A model generated the notes under the pieces. That model ran no database searches, was not told the origin of the DNA, and saw only the letters and a program-made list of their open reading frames with translations. Position numbers and translations under genes: made by a program. A stretch of 64,000 nucleotides of DNA, taken from NCBI GenBank assembly GCA_946186345.1, contig CAMHMV010000006.1, forward strand, positions 30,521 through 94,520. The letters are read 5' to 3'. Origin of the DNA: an uncultured Prevotellaceae bacterium. GTDB taxonomy: Bacteria; Bacteroidota; Bacteroidia; Bacteroidales; Muribaculaceae. Shown here one piece after another: positions 31,932-41,625 of the stretch; within the stretch, counting starts at the first letter, position 1; each line of letters starts with the position of its first letter.

Positions 31932-32420
31932 ATGATTACTGTCAGGGAATATCAGCAGCAGGACATGGCCGAGGCCATGGGCATTTGGAACGAGGTGGTG
32001 CGTGAAGGCGTGGCGTTCCCTCAGGTCGAAGAATTGACCGAGCAGGAGGCTGACGGTTTCTTCAGCAGCCAGTCCTATACCGGCGTCGCTGAGGATAGTG
32101 AGACGGGCGAGCTTGTCGGTCTCTACATCCTGCATCCCAACAACGTGGGCCGATGCGGTCACATCGCCAACACCAGCTACGCCGTCAGGTCGGACAAACG
32201 CGGGCTGCATATCGGCGAGCAACTTGTGAAAGACTCACTGGCTATGGGTGCCCGATTGGGCTTCCGCCTCATGCAATTCAATGCGGTCGTGGCTGCCAAC
32301 GTCCATGCCCTGCATCTCTATCAGCGCCTGGGCTTTACACAACTGGGCCGCATCCCTCAGGGCTTCCTCATGAAGGATGGCCACTACGAGGACATCATCC
32401 TCCTCTACATCGAGTTGTGA
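31932..32420 (+). CDS. GNAT N-acetyltransferase
   Basis: RGLHIG acetyl-CoA motif; QFNAVV..N..ALHLYQRLGF. Confidence 0.9.
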   Translation: MITVREYQQQDMAEAMGIWNEVVREGVAFPQVEELTEQEADGFFSSQSYTGVAEDSETGELVGLYILHPNNVGRCGHIANTSYAVRSDKRGLHIGEQLVKDSLAMGARLGFRLMQFNAVVAANVHALHLYQRLGFTQLGRIPQGFLMKDGHYEDIILLYIEL

Positions 32421-32431
32421 TGAAGCTCTGG

Positions 32432-32471
32432 ATGCTCGCTGTGCTTGCAGTTTAAAGTTTAGTGTTTAGAG
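32432..32471 (+). repeat. Dispersed repeat with heptamer tail, copy 2
   Basis: ATGCTCGCTGTGCTTGCAGTTTAAAGTTTAGTGTTTAGAG, similar to 27246-27292. Confidence 0.6.
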
Positions 32472-32558
32472 GGCTGTGTCATCATTGCAACTCAGTATTC
32501 TTAATCGCCCTGCGTAGGGGACATGATTACTGGCTTTGAATGATGGCACATCTTGACT

Positions 32559-32888
32559 TTACATGTTGGGGCATTCCTCTTTCTCGTCGGTGACGACCTG
32601 CTCGCCCTCCTTGACCTCGCGGGCATTGTACTTGATTTTCTCAAAGCCCTTGATAATGTTCTCGACGGTGGTCTTGTCGGCGTCATAGGTGATGGTGACC
32701 GTCTGGTGCTCGACGTCGGTGACGATCTTCTTGATGCCCTTCTCAAAGCGGATGTTTTCCTTAATGCGCTTCTCGCAGCTCTCGCAGTGCATCTGCGGGT
32801 CGGTGGTGAGCACGACGGTCTTGATGTCCTTGGCGCTGGCCATGCTCATGGTGATTGCAGCGATGAGCAGTAAAAGAATCTTTTTCAT
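32559..32888 (-). CDS. Periplasmic heavy-metal-associated (HMA) domain protein
   Basis: Signal peptide; MHCESC motif. Confidence 0.9.
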   Translation of the reverse strand: MKKILLLLIAAITMSMASAKDIKTVVLTTDPQMHCESCEKRIKENIRFEKGIKKIVTDVEHQTVTITYDADKTTVENIIKGFEKIKYNAREVKEGEQVVTDEKEECPNM

Positions 32889-32916
32889 TGTCGTTTGATT
32901 ATCTAGTTATTTTAAT

Positions 32917-34977
32917 TTATCGGAACAGGTTGATACGGATGCCCAAATAAGCCATCGCGCCGCTCACGGGTCCCCATATCAATGTGGGCTCGAACAGTTG
33001 GCTCCAGGGTTGGTCGGCAGCGATGATGGGATGAGGCTGGCGGTAGTTGGTCAAGTTCTCGCCACCCAGGTAGATGGAAAAATGCCTGAACCAGCGGGTG
33101 ACTTGGGCATTGAGCTGGCAATGGGCGGGGAAACGGGCGGACCATGACAACTGGTCGGGATCGTCGATATAATAGGGATCAGGCATGCGGCCGCTGCCGT
33201 TGAGCTGCAGCGTCACGTCAAATTCCCAAAGTCCAAGCGGAGTCTTGTAGGATGCCGCTACCAGACCCTTGTAGCGTGGCGTGAGAGGCTTCTCGCGCAG
33301 TATGCCGCCATAGGTCGCCTTGACGTCGTTGTAGCGATAGGCGACGGTCAGTCCCAGCCCCTCGAAGACGGGATAGGAAACATCCACCTGCCATGTGTGG
33401 GAACGGGACTTGCCGTCCAGGTCGTGGATACTGACAATCAATGGGTCGCTGTCCAAGTCAATGACCATCTGATTATTGAAGTGGGTGTAATGGTACTCGG
33501 CATTGATCTTCAACTGCTTGCCCCACAATGGAATATCCCAAGCCGTGGTGATGCCGTAATTCCAGGCACTCTCTTGATTCAGACCGTAGAAAACCAACCT
33601 ACGTCCGCTGGCAAGCATGTAGTGGTTCTCGGCCAGGGCGTATGCCGTGCGGTAGCCTTTGCCTGCCGACAGGCGCACGGTGAGGAACTGTGCCGGGTGC
33701 AGGCGCAGGTGCAGGCGTGGGGTGACAAATGTGCCGTACAGGCTGCTGTGGTCAATACGCACGCCCGCCATCAGGGTCATCACATCGCTGGCGGGTGTGA
33801 AGGTATATTGGCCGTAGGCTCCTGTGACGGTCTCCTTTTCCACCAGATGGGTCAGGGGTCCTTCGGCAAAGTGCTCCAGGCGGTAGTCCTGTGACAGGTG
33901 GTCATGGTTGAGGCTCAGGCCCAATGACAGGGTGTGCGGGTCGGTCAAACGGGTCTCGAACATGAGTTGCCCATAGGCATTGGTCTCGTTGACGTTGTAT
34001 CGCTTGTAGCCGTAAGCACCGTCCATGTCGTGATTGGCGACCGAGGCCATCAAGGCTATATTGGTGCCGCGCTCAGCGTTGAGCACGAAGGCGTGTTTCA
34101 TGTACCCTTGATAGCGGCGCGTCTTCAAGTCGATGGCAAAGGGCACCGCGCCCTCGTGATGCGCCATAGTCTGTCCGCTGTGGCGCTTCTCGTTGATCAT
34201 TGCCACGCCACCGTGGAAGATGTAGCGGTCACCTAGCCAGTCCCAGCGGCTCTGCAGGTTGACCTGACGCACATTGGGCTGGTCCAGGAAGTGGTCATGG
34301 TTGTGGTCCATATCGACCAGATTGTCCTCGTAGTGGGCGAGCACGTTGGCATTCAGGCGAGGCGTCAAGTGCAGATTGCCGTCGGCATTGGCCTCGATGC
34401 GGCCGTCGCTGTTGCCGTACAGGTTGAGCGTCACGCCCTGCTCATCCTCAGGCTTGAGGTATTCCACATCAATCTGTCCCGTGATGCCCTCATAGCCGTT
34501 ACGCACCGACGAGGCGCCTTTGGACACCTGGATGCTCTTCATCCACGGTCCAGGCACATAGCTTAGGGCGAAGGGTAGGGCAGCGCCCCGCCAGTCGGGC
34601 AGATTCTCGGCAAGCATCTGCACATAGGTGCCGCTCAGTCCCAGCAGTTTGATTTGCTTGGCTCCCGTGGCAGCGTCGCTGTAGTTGACGTCCACCGACG
34701 GGTTTGTAGTGAAACTTTCGCCCAGATTGCAGCAAGCGGCCTTGAACAGTTCCGCCTTGTTGATGCGCATCGTGTTCTCGGCCCCGGCGACGCGGCTCAT
34801 ACCGGGCCGCCGCGTGGTCACCGTGACCTCCCCGATCGACTGCATAGGAATAGAGTCCACATACTGCCTCACCGACGTGGTGTCCACATCGGTGGTAGCG
34901 ACGCTACTGACCTGACCGCTAGCCTGCAATAAGCCCACAGCCATTCCCAGCACCATGATGACCCTCCTAACCGTCAT
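32917..34977 (-). CDS. TonB-dependent receptor with Cys-Cys plug motif, probable metal uptake
   Basis: KAACCNLGESF plug motif; beta-barrel pattern; co-oriented with the HMA gene. Start placed at ATG 34977 after a TAATTTTG box. Confidence 0.85.
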   Translation of the reverse strand: MTVRRVIMVLGMAVGLLQASGQVSSVATTDVDTTSVRQYVDSIPMQSIGEVTVTTRRPGMSRVAGAENTMRINKAELFKAACCNLGESFTTNPSVDVNYSDAATGAKQIKLLGLSGTYVQMLAENLPDWRGAALPFALSYVPGPWMKSIQVSKGASSVRNGYEGITGQIDVEYLKPEDEQGVTLNLYGNSDGRIEANADGNLHLTPRLNANVLAHYEDNLVDMDHNHDHFLDQPNVRQVNLQSRWDWLGDRYIFHGGVAMINEKRHSGQTMAHHEGAVPFAIDLKTRRYQGYMKHAFVLNAERGTNIALMASVANHDMDGAYGYKRYNVNETNAYGQLMFETRLTDPHTLSLGLSLNHDHLSQDYRLEHFAEGPLTHLVEKETVTGAYGQYTFTPASDVMTLMAGVRIDHSSLYGTFVTPRLHLRLHPAQFLTVRLSAGKGYRTAYALAENHYMLASGRRLVFYGLNQESAWNYGITTAWDIPLWGKQLKINAEYHYTHFNNQMVIDLDSDPLIVSIHDLDGKSRSHTWQVDVSYPVFEGLGLTVAYRYNDVKATYGGILREKPLTPRYKGLVAASYKTPLGLWEFDVTLQLNGSGRMPDPYYIDDPDQLSWSARFPAHCQLNAQVTRWFRHFSIYLGGENLTNYRQPHPIIAADQPWSQLFEPTLIWGPVSGAMAYLGIRINLFR

Positions 34978-35306
34978 TCCCAAATACAAATTTCCAAAAA
35001 CCGCGACAAAATTACTACTATTTTCCAAATTACCGTCCCACCACCCTCAAGAATGACCGAAAATAATTCCCAACAATTACTGAAAATGTCATCCCGATGA
35101 CAGCCCTATTTTTCCGTTAAACACTGGGATTGGGTTATAATATTTTTTGTTTTATTCCGTTTTTTAAGGTAAAGGGACTGTTTTTTGAGAATGGTCACCC
35201 TTTGTGGGACACAATTACGTTTAACGCTAAATTTTGTTTGGGACATTAAGTATCAGGTCATTACCTGATTTTTTTAATTTAAAACATTCATTATAAATTT
35301 TGAGTT

Positions 35307-36725
35307 ATGAATAGAATAATAAATATCCTTTTAGCCTTGGCGTTATTTGTTGTAATGGCAAGTTGCTCTGATTCGGATAACTCCATCATTGATGATCCCG
35401 AAATCAGCCAGACGACTACTATCGATCTCGGCAATCCGTCTGCTTGGACGCTGGCCTCGACTCCTGCCGATCTGTTTCCCGAGGCGTCGTTGATGAACGA
35501 CGTGGCCTATGGTAATAACCGCGCGCTGCTGGCGTGGTATACCATCGATCGCTTGTTCACTCAACGCAATTCACACGATGCCCCCGGCTACATCAAGAAT
35601 GACTTGGATGGCTTGTCCTATCCCTATGTCCGTGAAGTGGCAATCAGTGAGGTATTTCCTGAACAGGAGTTGAACAATGGTCAGTCCCCCGTCATCCAGA
35701 CATTGAACCTCTCGTTCTATCCTCGCGAGCGTGGTCCGTACAACCTCGATGGCAAAAACGTTGATGAGAACGGCTACCTGCTCTACCCCGAGCGCCGTTG
35801 GGGTGGTATCATGCGCCCGATTGACATAGTCAATACCAACTTTGAGCAGACTGGCATCAAGTATATCCAGTTCTGGCTGCTTGACCCGTTTATGGACCCC
35901 GAATTGGGCAACGAGGATGGTGGCTATCTGTACTTCAACCTGGGTGAGGTGAGTGAGGATGTCCTCAAGGATGGTCTCAAGAGTTATGAGCAAGGATTGC
36001 CGCTCAATGGTGATGATGCTGATGCAATCCTAACAGTTTGGGGAAAAGTCCACGCTCAGGATGAGCTGCTGAATTATAGCACCGATGCCATACGCCACCT
36101 GCAGGATGTCGGTCTTGACGGCCTCATCAATCAGGAAGAGTTCACCCATCCCACTTATGCCAATTACCTGAATGAGTTGCGCGCTGCCGTGTCTGCATCC
36201 ACCTATGCTGCCATGCTGGAGGACCCGTTCTCTCCCTTCAATGACCCGGCAAGAGATAATTACGCCTACTATCGCCATACCTACTACGATAATCAGCAAG
36301 TACCGATTATCGGCCGTTACAAGCGCTACAACAACTGTGACGGAAACTCTCTCCTTCAGGGCCATACTACCGATGCACAGTACCAGCAGGGTCGTTCAAA
36401 TCCCGATGTTGAGGATATCAACAATGATAACACCCTCAACGAGGCTGAGCGTTTCTTCCAGTACCGCGTTGCTATCCATCCTGATTCCATGCAGGTGGGT
36501 AGGAACTATATCTCCGACAAACGAGTGGCCAATGTTCGCACGCGCAATGGGATGACTCAGAAGGCAACGTGGTACCAGTTCACCATCCCCTTGAATCAAT
36601 ATCAGAAGAAGGTCGGTTCTATCCAGGACTTCTCCAACATCCGTTTTATGCGTATCTTCATGACGGGATTCAAGGGTATTACCCACTTGCGCTTTGCAAC
36701 ACTCGAGCTGAGCCCTGGTGACTGA
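35307..36725 (+). CDS. Lipoprotein consisting of an internal segment homologous to the T9SS translocon SprA/Sov
   Basis: Lipobox MASC; WTLASTP, LAWYTID, LNLSFYPRERGPYN, WGGIMR, FNLGEVSEDVLKDG, QDVGLDG, PDVEDIN.DNTLNE.E, WYQF.IP, IRFMRIFMTGF, LRFATLEL, all recalled as SprA motifs. Confidence 0.8.
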   Translation: MNRIINILLALALFVVMASCSDSDNSIIDDPEISQTTTIDLGNPSAWTLASTPADLFPEASLMNDVAYGNNRALLAWYTIDRLFTQRNSHDAPGYIKNDLDGLSYPYVREVAISEVFPEQELNNGQSPVIQTLNLSFYPRERGPYNLDGKNVDENGYLLYPERRWGGIMRPIDIVNTNFEQTGIKYIQFWLLDPFMDPELGNEDGGYLYFNLGEVSEDVLKDGLKSYEQGLPLNGDDADAILTVWGKVHAQDELLNYSTDAIRHLQDVGLDGLINQEEFTHPTYANYLNELRAAVSASTYAAMLEDPFSPFNDPARDNYAYYRHTYYDNQQVPIIGRYKRYNNCDGNSLLQGHTTDAQYQQGRSNPDVEDINNDNTLNEAERFFQYRVAIHPDSMQVGRNYISDKRVANVRTRNGMTQKATWYQFTIPLNQYQKKVGSIQDFSNIRFMRIFMTGFKGITHLRFATLELSPGD

Positions 36726-37000
36726 CGAATTTCACAAAAATATCATCTATAGTTAAGGAGGGAAATGTTCACAGCATTCCCTCCTTGTTTTGTGAAAGAG
36801 GGTGCTAAGCGGGTAGTGAATGATGCGTTTAAGTCTTAACAAAATATAAAAGTGAGTTTTTTAATCGGCTGATTTGCCCATTTCTAACATCAAAGTGCGT
36901 AGCGAACATTTCGGGCGGTTCATTGTCATGTCAACTAATGGTAGTAACTTTGCAACCGCAACAATAGAAAAGTTAGTAAAACTGATAATCAGAACAAAAT

Positions 37001-37381
37001 ATGTTACGAGACATTATAGTTGATCCTTATTTTCCTGATTGCCCGATACGCAATATCTTGTCGCGCATCAGCGACCGCTGGTCGATGCTGATACTGTACA
37101 CGCTTGACGGCAAGGACACGGCGATGCGGTATTCCGACATCCTCGCAGCCATCCCCGACATCTCGCAGAAGATGCTCACCGTGGCGCTGCGCAACCTGGA
37201 AGCCGACGGGCTGGTGTTGAGGCAGGCCTATGCCGAGATTCCGCCTCGGGTGGAGTACAGCATCACGCAGCGTGGCAAATCACTCATGCCGCACATCAAC
37301 AACTTGATAGAGTGGGCACTGGCTAACCTGGCCGACATTATGAATGACCGTAAGAATTATTCATCCAATAAAAAACATTAA
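37001..37381 (+). CDS. HxlR-family winged-helix transcriptional regulator
   Basis: CPIR..L..I.DRWS, ISQKMLT..LR.LE.DGLV, PPRVEYS. Confidence 0.93.
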   Translation: MLRDIIVDPYFPDCPIRNILSRISDRWSMLILYTLDGKDTAMRYSDILAAIPDISQKMLTVALRNLEADGLVLRQAYAEIPPRVEYSITQRGKSLMPHINNLIEWALANLADIMNDRKNYSSNKKH

Positions 37382-37400
37382 TTATCATCTTTATTACACA

Positions 37401-37856
37401 ATGAAACAGATTGAAAAGATTGCACAGGGTGCAAATTATGCCGCCATCAACGTTGGCCGCATCAGCGAGATTATTGAACATGAGTTGCCCATGGGCCCGG
37501 ACTTTACGATTCAGGGCAAGGTCTTCGGCGGTCAGGCTGTTGGTGCCGCTGCCAGCGAGTTCTCTTTCCAGACGCTTGTTCCTGGACAGGACAGTGGTTT
37601 CCTCCACACCCACAAGACGCACGAGGAGCTCTACTTCATCCTGCGTGGTGAGGGCCAGTACCAGGTCGATGGTGAGATTTTCCCCGTCAGCGAGGGTAGC
37701 GTGATCCGCGTGTCTCCCAATGGCAAGCGCGCGTTGAAGAACACGGGTAGTGAGGACCTGACGATGCTCTGCATACAGTACAAGGCCACCCCGTTCACCG
37801 AGGCCGACAGCCCCATGACCGACGGCATCATCCTGCAAGAGCCCCTCAACTGGTAA
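37401..37856 (+). CDS. Cupin domain protein
   Basis: FLHTHKTHEELYFILRGEG, VIRVSP. Confidence 0.9.
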   Translation: MKQIEKIAQGANYAAINVGRISEIIEHELPMGPDFTIQGKVFGGQAVGAAASEFSFQTLVPGQDSGFLHTHKTHEELYFILRGEGQYQVDGEIFPVSEGSVIRVSPNGKRALKNTGSEDLTMLCIQYKATPFTEADSPMTDGIILQEPLNW

Positions 37857-37857
37857 G
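37780..37857 (+). repeat. 78-bp direct repeat (cupin 3' end), copy 1
   Basis: 75/78 identical to 41425-41502. Confidence 0.9.
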
Positions 37858-37947
37858 CTACACTTGCAGGCATTCGGCTAAGGAGTTAGTGAGGTGGGCG
37901 AATAATCGTCCACCTCACAAAACTTCGTCAGTAACACACCCCTCACG

Positions 37948-38922
37948 TTAACGTGAAAACAGATAGGCGGTGTAGCCTACATAACATAGCAGAAAAATGA
38001 TGCCCTCGATGCGGTCAAAGCGATGTTTCCCGAAGGTGAATACAACCATATAGGTCATAACGCCAGCACCCAGCATCACCAGGTAATCAACCATGTTGAT
38101 GTCAACTACGGTTATGGGCTTGATGGTTGCGGACAGGCCCAATACAAACAAGATGTTGAACACGTTGCTGCCCAATACATTGCCCAAAGCCAGCTGAGGG
38201 TTGTTCTTACATGCCGCAACAATGGAAGTAATAAGTTCAGGCAACGATGTGCCCACCGCCACGATGGTGATAGCAATTACCGCCTCGCTCATGCCCCATG
38301 CCCTTGCCAAGTTCTTGGCCGATTCCAGGAAGAGGTTGCCACCAAAAATCAATCCAGCCAGTGACGCGATGGCTATCGCCCACAGCAAGACGGGATTCCT
38401 TCCCGTGAATTTGCTCTTGGCTGCTTCATCGGTTTCTTGTTGCGCCTCTTGGGCACACCTTCCGTTGCCAAATACCACATATATCATGTAACTGACAAAC
38501 AGCATCAGAAATATGATTCCGTCTATGCGTGATAGCGTGTTCCCGTTACTTCCAAAAACAAACTTGTCGTTGGAGAGCAACAGCAACAACACGGTGGCGA
38601 AAATGCCGAAAGGTATGTCACGGCGCTGCGTCCCTCGTTCGATGGCAAAAGGCAGTATAACCGCCGACACGCCCAGGATGAGCAATATATTGGCGATATT
38701 GCTGCCGACCACATTACCCATGGCAACGTCGCCGCTGCCGCTAAGTGCCGAGGAGATGCTCACAAACAACTCGGGCGAGGAAGTCCCCATGCCCACGATG
38801 GTCAGTCCGATGATAAAGTTAGAAACGTGGGCACGCTGGGCTATCGCTACCGACGAATCGACCAGGAGGTCGGCCGCCAGTAGTAATAGACCTAATCCAA
38901 GTGCTAAAAACAAATAGTCCAT
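37948..38922 (-). CDS. Calcium/sodium antiporter (YrbG/CaCA family)
   Basis: Two alpha repeats GTSSPE...GSNIAN and GTSLPE...GSNVFN. Confidence 0.93.
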   Translation of the reverse strand: MDYLFLALGLGLLLLAADLLVDSSVAIAQRAHVSNFIIGLTIVGMGTSSPELFVSISSALSGSGDVAMGNVVGSNIANILLILGVSAVILPFAIERGTQRRDIPFGIFATVLLLLLSNDKFVFGSNGNTLSRIDGIIFLMLFVSYMIYVVFGNGRCAQEAQQETDEAAKSKFTGRNPVLLWAIAIASLAGLIFGGNLFLESAKNLARAWGMSEAVIAITIVAVGTSLPELITSIVAACKNNPQLALGNVLGSNVFNILFVLGLSATIKPITVVDINMVDYLVMLGAGVMTYMVVFTFGKHRFDRIEGIIFLLCYVGYTAYLFSR

Positions 38923-38974
38923 GCGAGTAAAATAATAGTACAGATGTGTGCCAACTGCAGTTACTTGAAATGTG

Positions 38975-40294
38975 TCAAAGATGCATGAGCCAGTAACCGA
39001 GCATACCGGCAAGATAGCCAATAATGGCAATGGGAGTGATGTGCTTGGCGTACCAGCCAAATGAGACCTTCTCGAGCCCCATCACAACGACACCGGCAGC
39101 CGAACCGATGATGAGGATGGAACCTCCGGTGCCGGCGCAGTAGGCCAGCAGCTGCCAGAAAATGCCATCCACCGCCATGTCGCCAGCCTCGGCCAGCGGA
39201 TACATTCCCATACATCCAGCCACGAGGGGCACATTGTCCACAATGCTTGAGATGACACCGATGATGCCCGTCACCATATAGTGGTTGCCGCCGCTGGCCG
39301 TGTCGAGCCATAGCCCCAATGCCGTGAGCACTCCGATTTCCTTCAAGGCACTCACAGCCATCAAGATGCCGAGGAAAAACAGGATGGTTGCCATGTCGAT
39401 GTGTGACAAGAGCTGTGCCACCCTGTGAGATGCAGTCTCATCGGCTTTCAAATGGGCGTAGAACACCTCGGTCGTGATCCATAACAAGGCAAGCACAAAC
39501 AGGATGCCGACAAAAGGAGGCAGATCGGTCAGATACCTGAACACTGGGACAAACATCAGTCCTCCCACCCCAAGCACAAACACCATCTTTCGCTCCCATG
39601 CGGTCAACTCATTCTCGCCGGATTGTTGATCATGGCTTTTCTGCCCAGTTGTTCGTAACTCGCCTTTGAGTGCAAATTGGAGCAAGAAGGCCGGTACAAT
39701 CATTGACAACAGCGAAGGCAGCAGCAAATGCAGTACAGCGCCAGCCGCAGTGATCATGCCACCATTCCATAACATGATAGTGGTAACGTCACCGATGGGC
39801 GAGAATGCACCGCCAGAATTGGCTGCTATTATAATGGCGGCATCATAGATGAGCCGTTCCTGCCTCTCAGTAACCAGTTTGCGCAGCACCATGATGAGCA
39901 CGATGCTTGTCGTGAGGTTGTCCAGGACAGCACTCAAGAAAAAGGTCAAGACAGCAATTCGCCACAACAGGCGGCGCTTGCTTGTCGTGCCGAGTGCGTC
40001 ACGAACAAAATTAAAGCCCCCATTTTGATCGACGACCTCGACAATCGTCATGGCTCCCATCAAGAAAAACAATGTGGTTGAGGTTTCTCCCAAGTCGTTT
40101 TCCAGGGCTCCGCCAGCCGCTGCAATCGCATTTTCCACATCAGGAAAATACAATCCTGGCGATAACATGACAAGTGTCCAACAGGCTACAAACATAAACA
40201 GTGCTACAGCAGCCTTGTTCACCTTTGTCACGCTTTCAAGCGCAATGCACACATACCCAACGACAAATGCTGCTACAATCGCTATCGTCAACAT
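38975..40294 (-). CDS. nhaD: Na+/H+ antiporter, NhaD family
   Basis: LDNLTT, ANSGGAFSPIGDVTT, VDNVPLVA, GTGGSILIIGSAAGV. Confidence 0.9.
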   Translation of the reverse strand: MLTIAIVAAFVVGYVCIALESVTKVNKAAVALFMFVACWTLVMLSPGLYFPDVENAIAAAGGALENDLGETSTTLFFLMGAMTIVEVVDQNGGFNFVRDALGTTSKRRLLWRIAVLTFFLSAVLDNLTTSIVLIMVLRKLVTERQERLIYDAAIIIAANSGGAFSPIGDVTTIMLWNGGMITAAGAVLHLLLPSLLSMIVPAFLLQFALKGELRTTGQKSHDQQSGENELTAWERKMVFVLGVGGLMFVPVFRYLTDLPPFVGILFVLALLWITTEVFYAHLKADETASHRVAQLLSHIDMATILFFLGILMAVSALKEIGVLTALGLWLDTASGGNHYMVTGIIGVISSIVDNVPLVAGCMGMYPLAEAGDMAVDGIFWQLLAYCAGTGGSILIIGSAAGVVVMGLEKVSFGWYAKHITPIAIIGYLAGMLGYWLMHL

Positions 40295-40320
40295 ATTCAA
40301 GAAAGAGTCAACAGTTATGA

Positions 40321-40716
40321 TTACAGGATTGAACTTACCAGTTGCGCTTGCTCACCTTCAAAGAAAGCGGGCTCGGTAATGGGATGGTAGGCATACTCGT
40401 CACCAAACCGCAGCAGTTGCAGGGCCACAAAATTCTTGTCCTCAGACAGGCAGATGTCCAACTCGACATTGCCGATAGGCTGTTTCTTGGCGCGGAATGA
40501 CTTCACCGCTGCTGCAAGACCCTTGTCGTCACTTTCGATGATACGTTGCAACTGATCGACGGTATCAGCGTGATAATTGTCCCTGATGACCTTGACCGGA
40601 GACCCGGTGGGGATATAAACAAGTCGCTTCTTGAGACCGAACAAGATGGATTTAACACTCAGTTTTTCATGAGCCAATAAGGCATTGGCCATTTGTAAAT
40701 TATTGAAATTTGCCAT
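40321..40716 (-). CDS. Hypothetical protein upstream of nhaD
   Basis: 131-aa ORF with AT-rich leader, 27 bp from nhaD. Confidence 0.7.
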   Translation of the reverse strand: MANFNNLQMANALLAHEKLSVKSILFGLKKRLVYIPTGSPVKVIRDNYHADTVDQLQRIIESDDKGLAAAVKSFRAKKQPIGNVELDICLSEDKNFVALQLLRFGDEYAYHPITEPAFFEGEQAQLVSSIL

Positions 40717-40839
40717 GATATGATTATTTCTATTATGTTATACATTGAATGGTGTCGCATGGGCATGACCCATACGGCAAAAAGATCGTGAAAGGCTCAC
40801 GGCTTGAATGCGGAAAGAGAAATCAATAACAGATGCTGT

Positions 40840-41256
40840 CTAACACAATAGTCGGCAGAGCGTTATTACATAGTAATTAACGGCTCTGGATTTGCGCACG
40901 GGTGACGAGACCCGCTCAACGACGAATAGCCCTGACAGGGCAAGCGGTGTATAAATGTTGTCGCACAATCGGTTGGCTGAACGGCGCATGATATTTGTGC
41001 GCATCAATGTTGTGCGGTACTTGGCAGTGGTTACCAGGCGGGAACTCTGTGATGGCACTATTGCTGGAAGTTGAGCGGGGGCACTCAACATCTGGTAGCC
41101 GTCATGTGAAAACGGCGTGGGCTCATCATTGGATTTCAACTCACCCCTCGTCAGTTCAGGACCGGAAGAGGCATCTTGATGGGTGGTGGCAATGCCTGTG
41201 ACACCCAGCAATGCCATCATCATACAAAATGCCCATATCCTAAACTTTTCCTTCAT
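40840..41256 (-). CDS. Hypothetical protein with N-terminal hydrophobic segment
   Basis: TATTTTTG box at 41272-41279; C-terminus YYVITLCRLLC. Confidence 0.5.
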   Translation of the reverse strand: MKEKFRIWAFCMMMALLGVTGIATTHQDASSGPELTRGELKSNDEPTPFSHDGYQMLSAPAQLPAIVPSQSSRLVTTAKYRTTLMRTNIMRRSANRLCDNIYTPLALSGLFVVERVSSPVRKSRAVNYYVITLCRLLC

Positions 41257-41424
41257 AATGGATTCAAGCCACAAAAATACAATTAATAATTAACACGCCC
41301 CAATCTGGAGCTCATTTTTCAGGATATTTGTTGTCTTTTTTCATCTCACGACACAAACACACATTTACCACAAACCATAATCGATAGAATATGTCAATAA
41401 CATTGAACACCCTACTCAAGGAGC

Positions 41425-41502
41425 ACAAGGCCACTCCGTTCACCGAGGCCGACAGCCCAATGACCGACGGCATCATCCTGCAGGAGCCCCTCAACTGGTA
41501 AG
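41425..41502 (+). repeat. 78-bp direct repeat (orphan cupin 3' end), copy 2, followed by a related terminator
   Basis: Encodes KATPFTEADSPMTDGIILQEPLNW*; hairpin GAGGTGG...CCACCTC follows both copies. Confidence 0.9.
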
Positions 41503-41625
41503 ACAAGCCGGCAGTCGTTTGGCTAAAGAGTTATCGAGGTGGACGATTTTTCGCCCACCTCGATAACTCTTTTTGCCTGATTTGAACTATCTTTGTGACG
41601 GAGTTTTTTGAACGTTTCTAATCAT

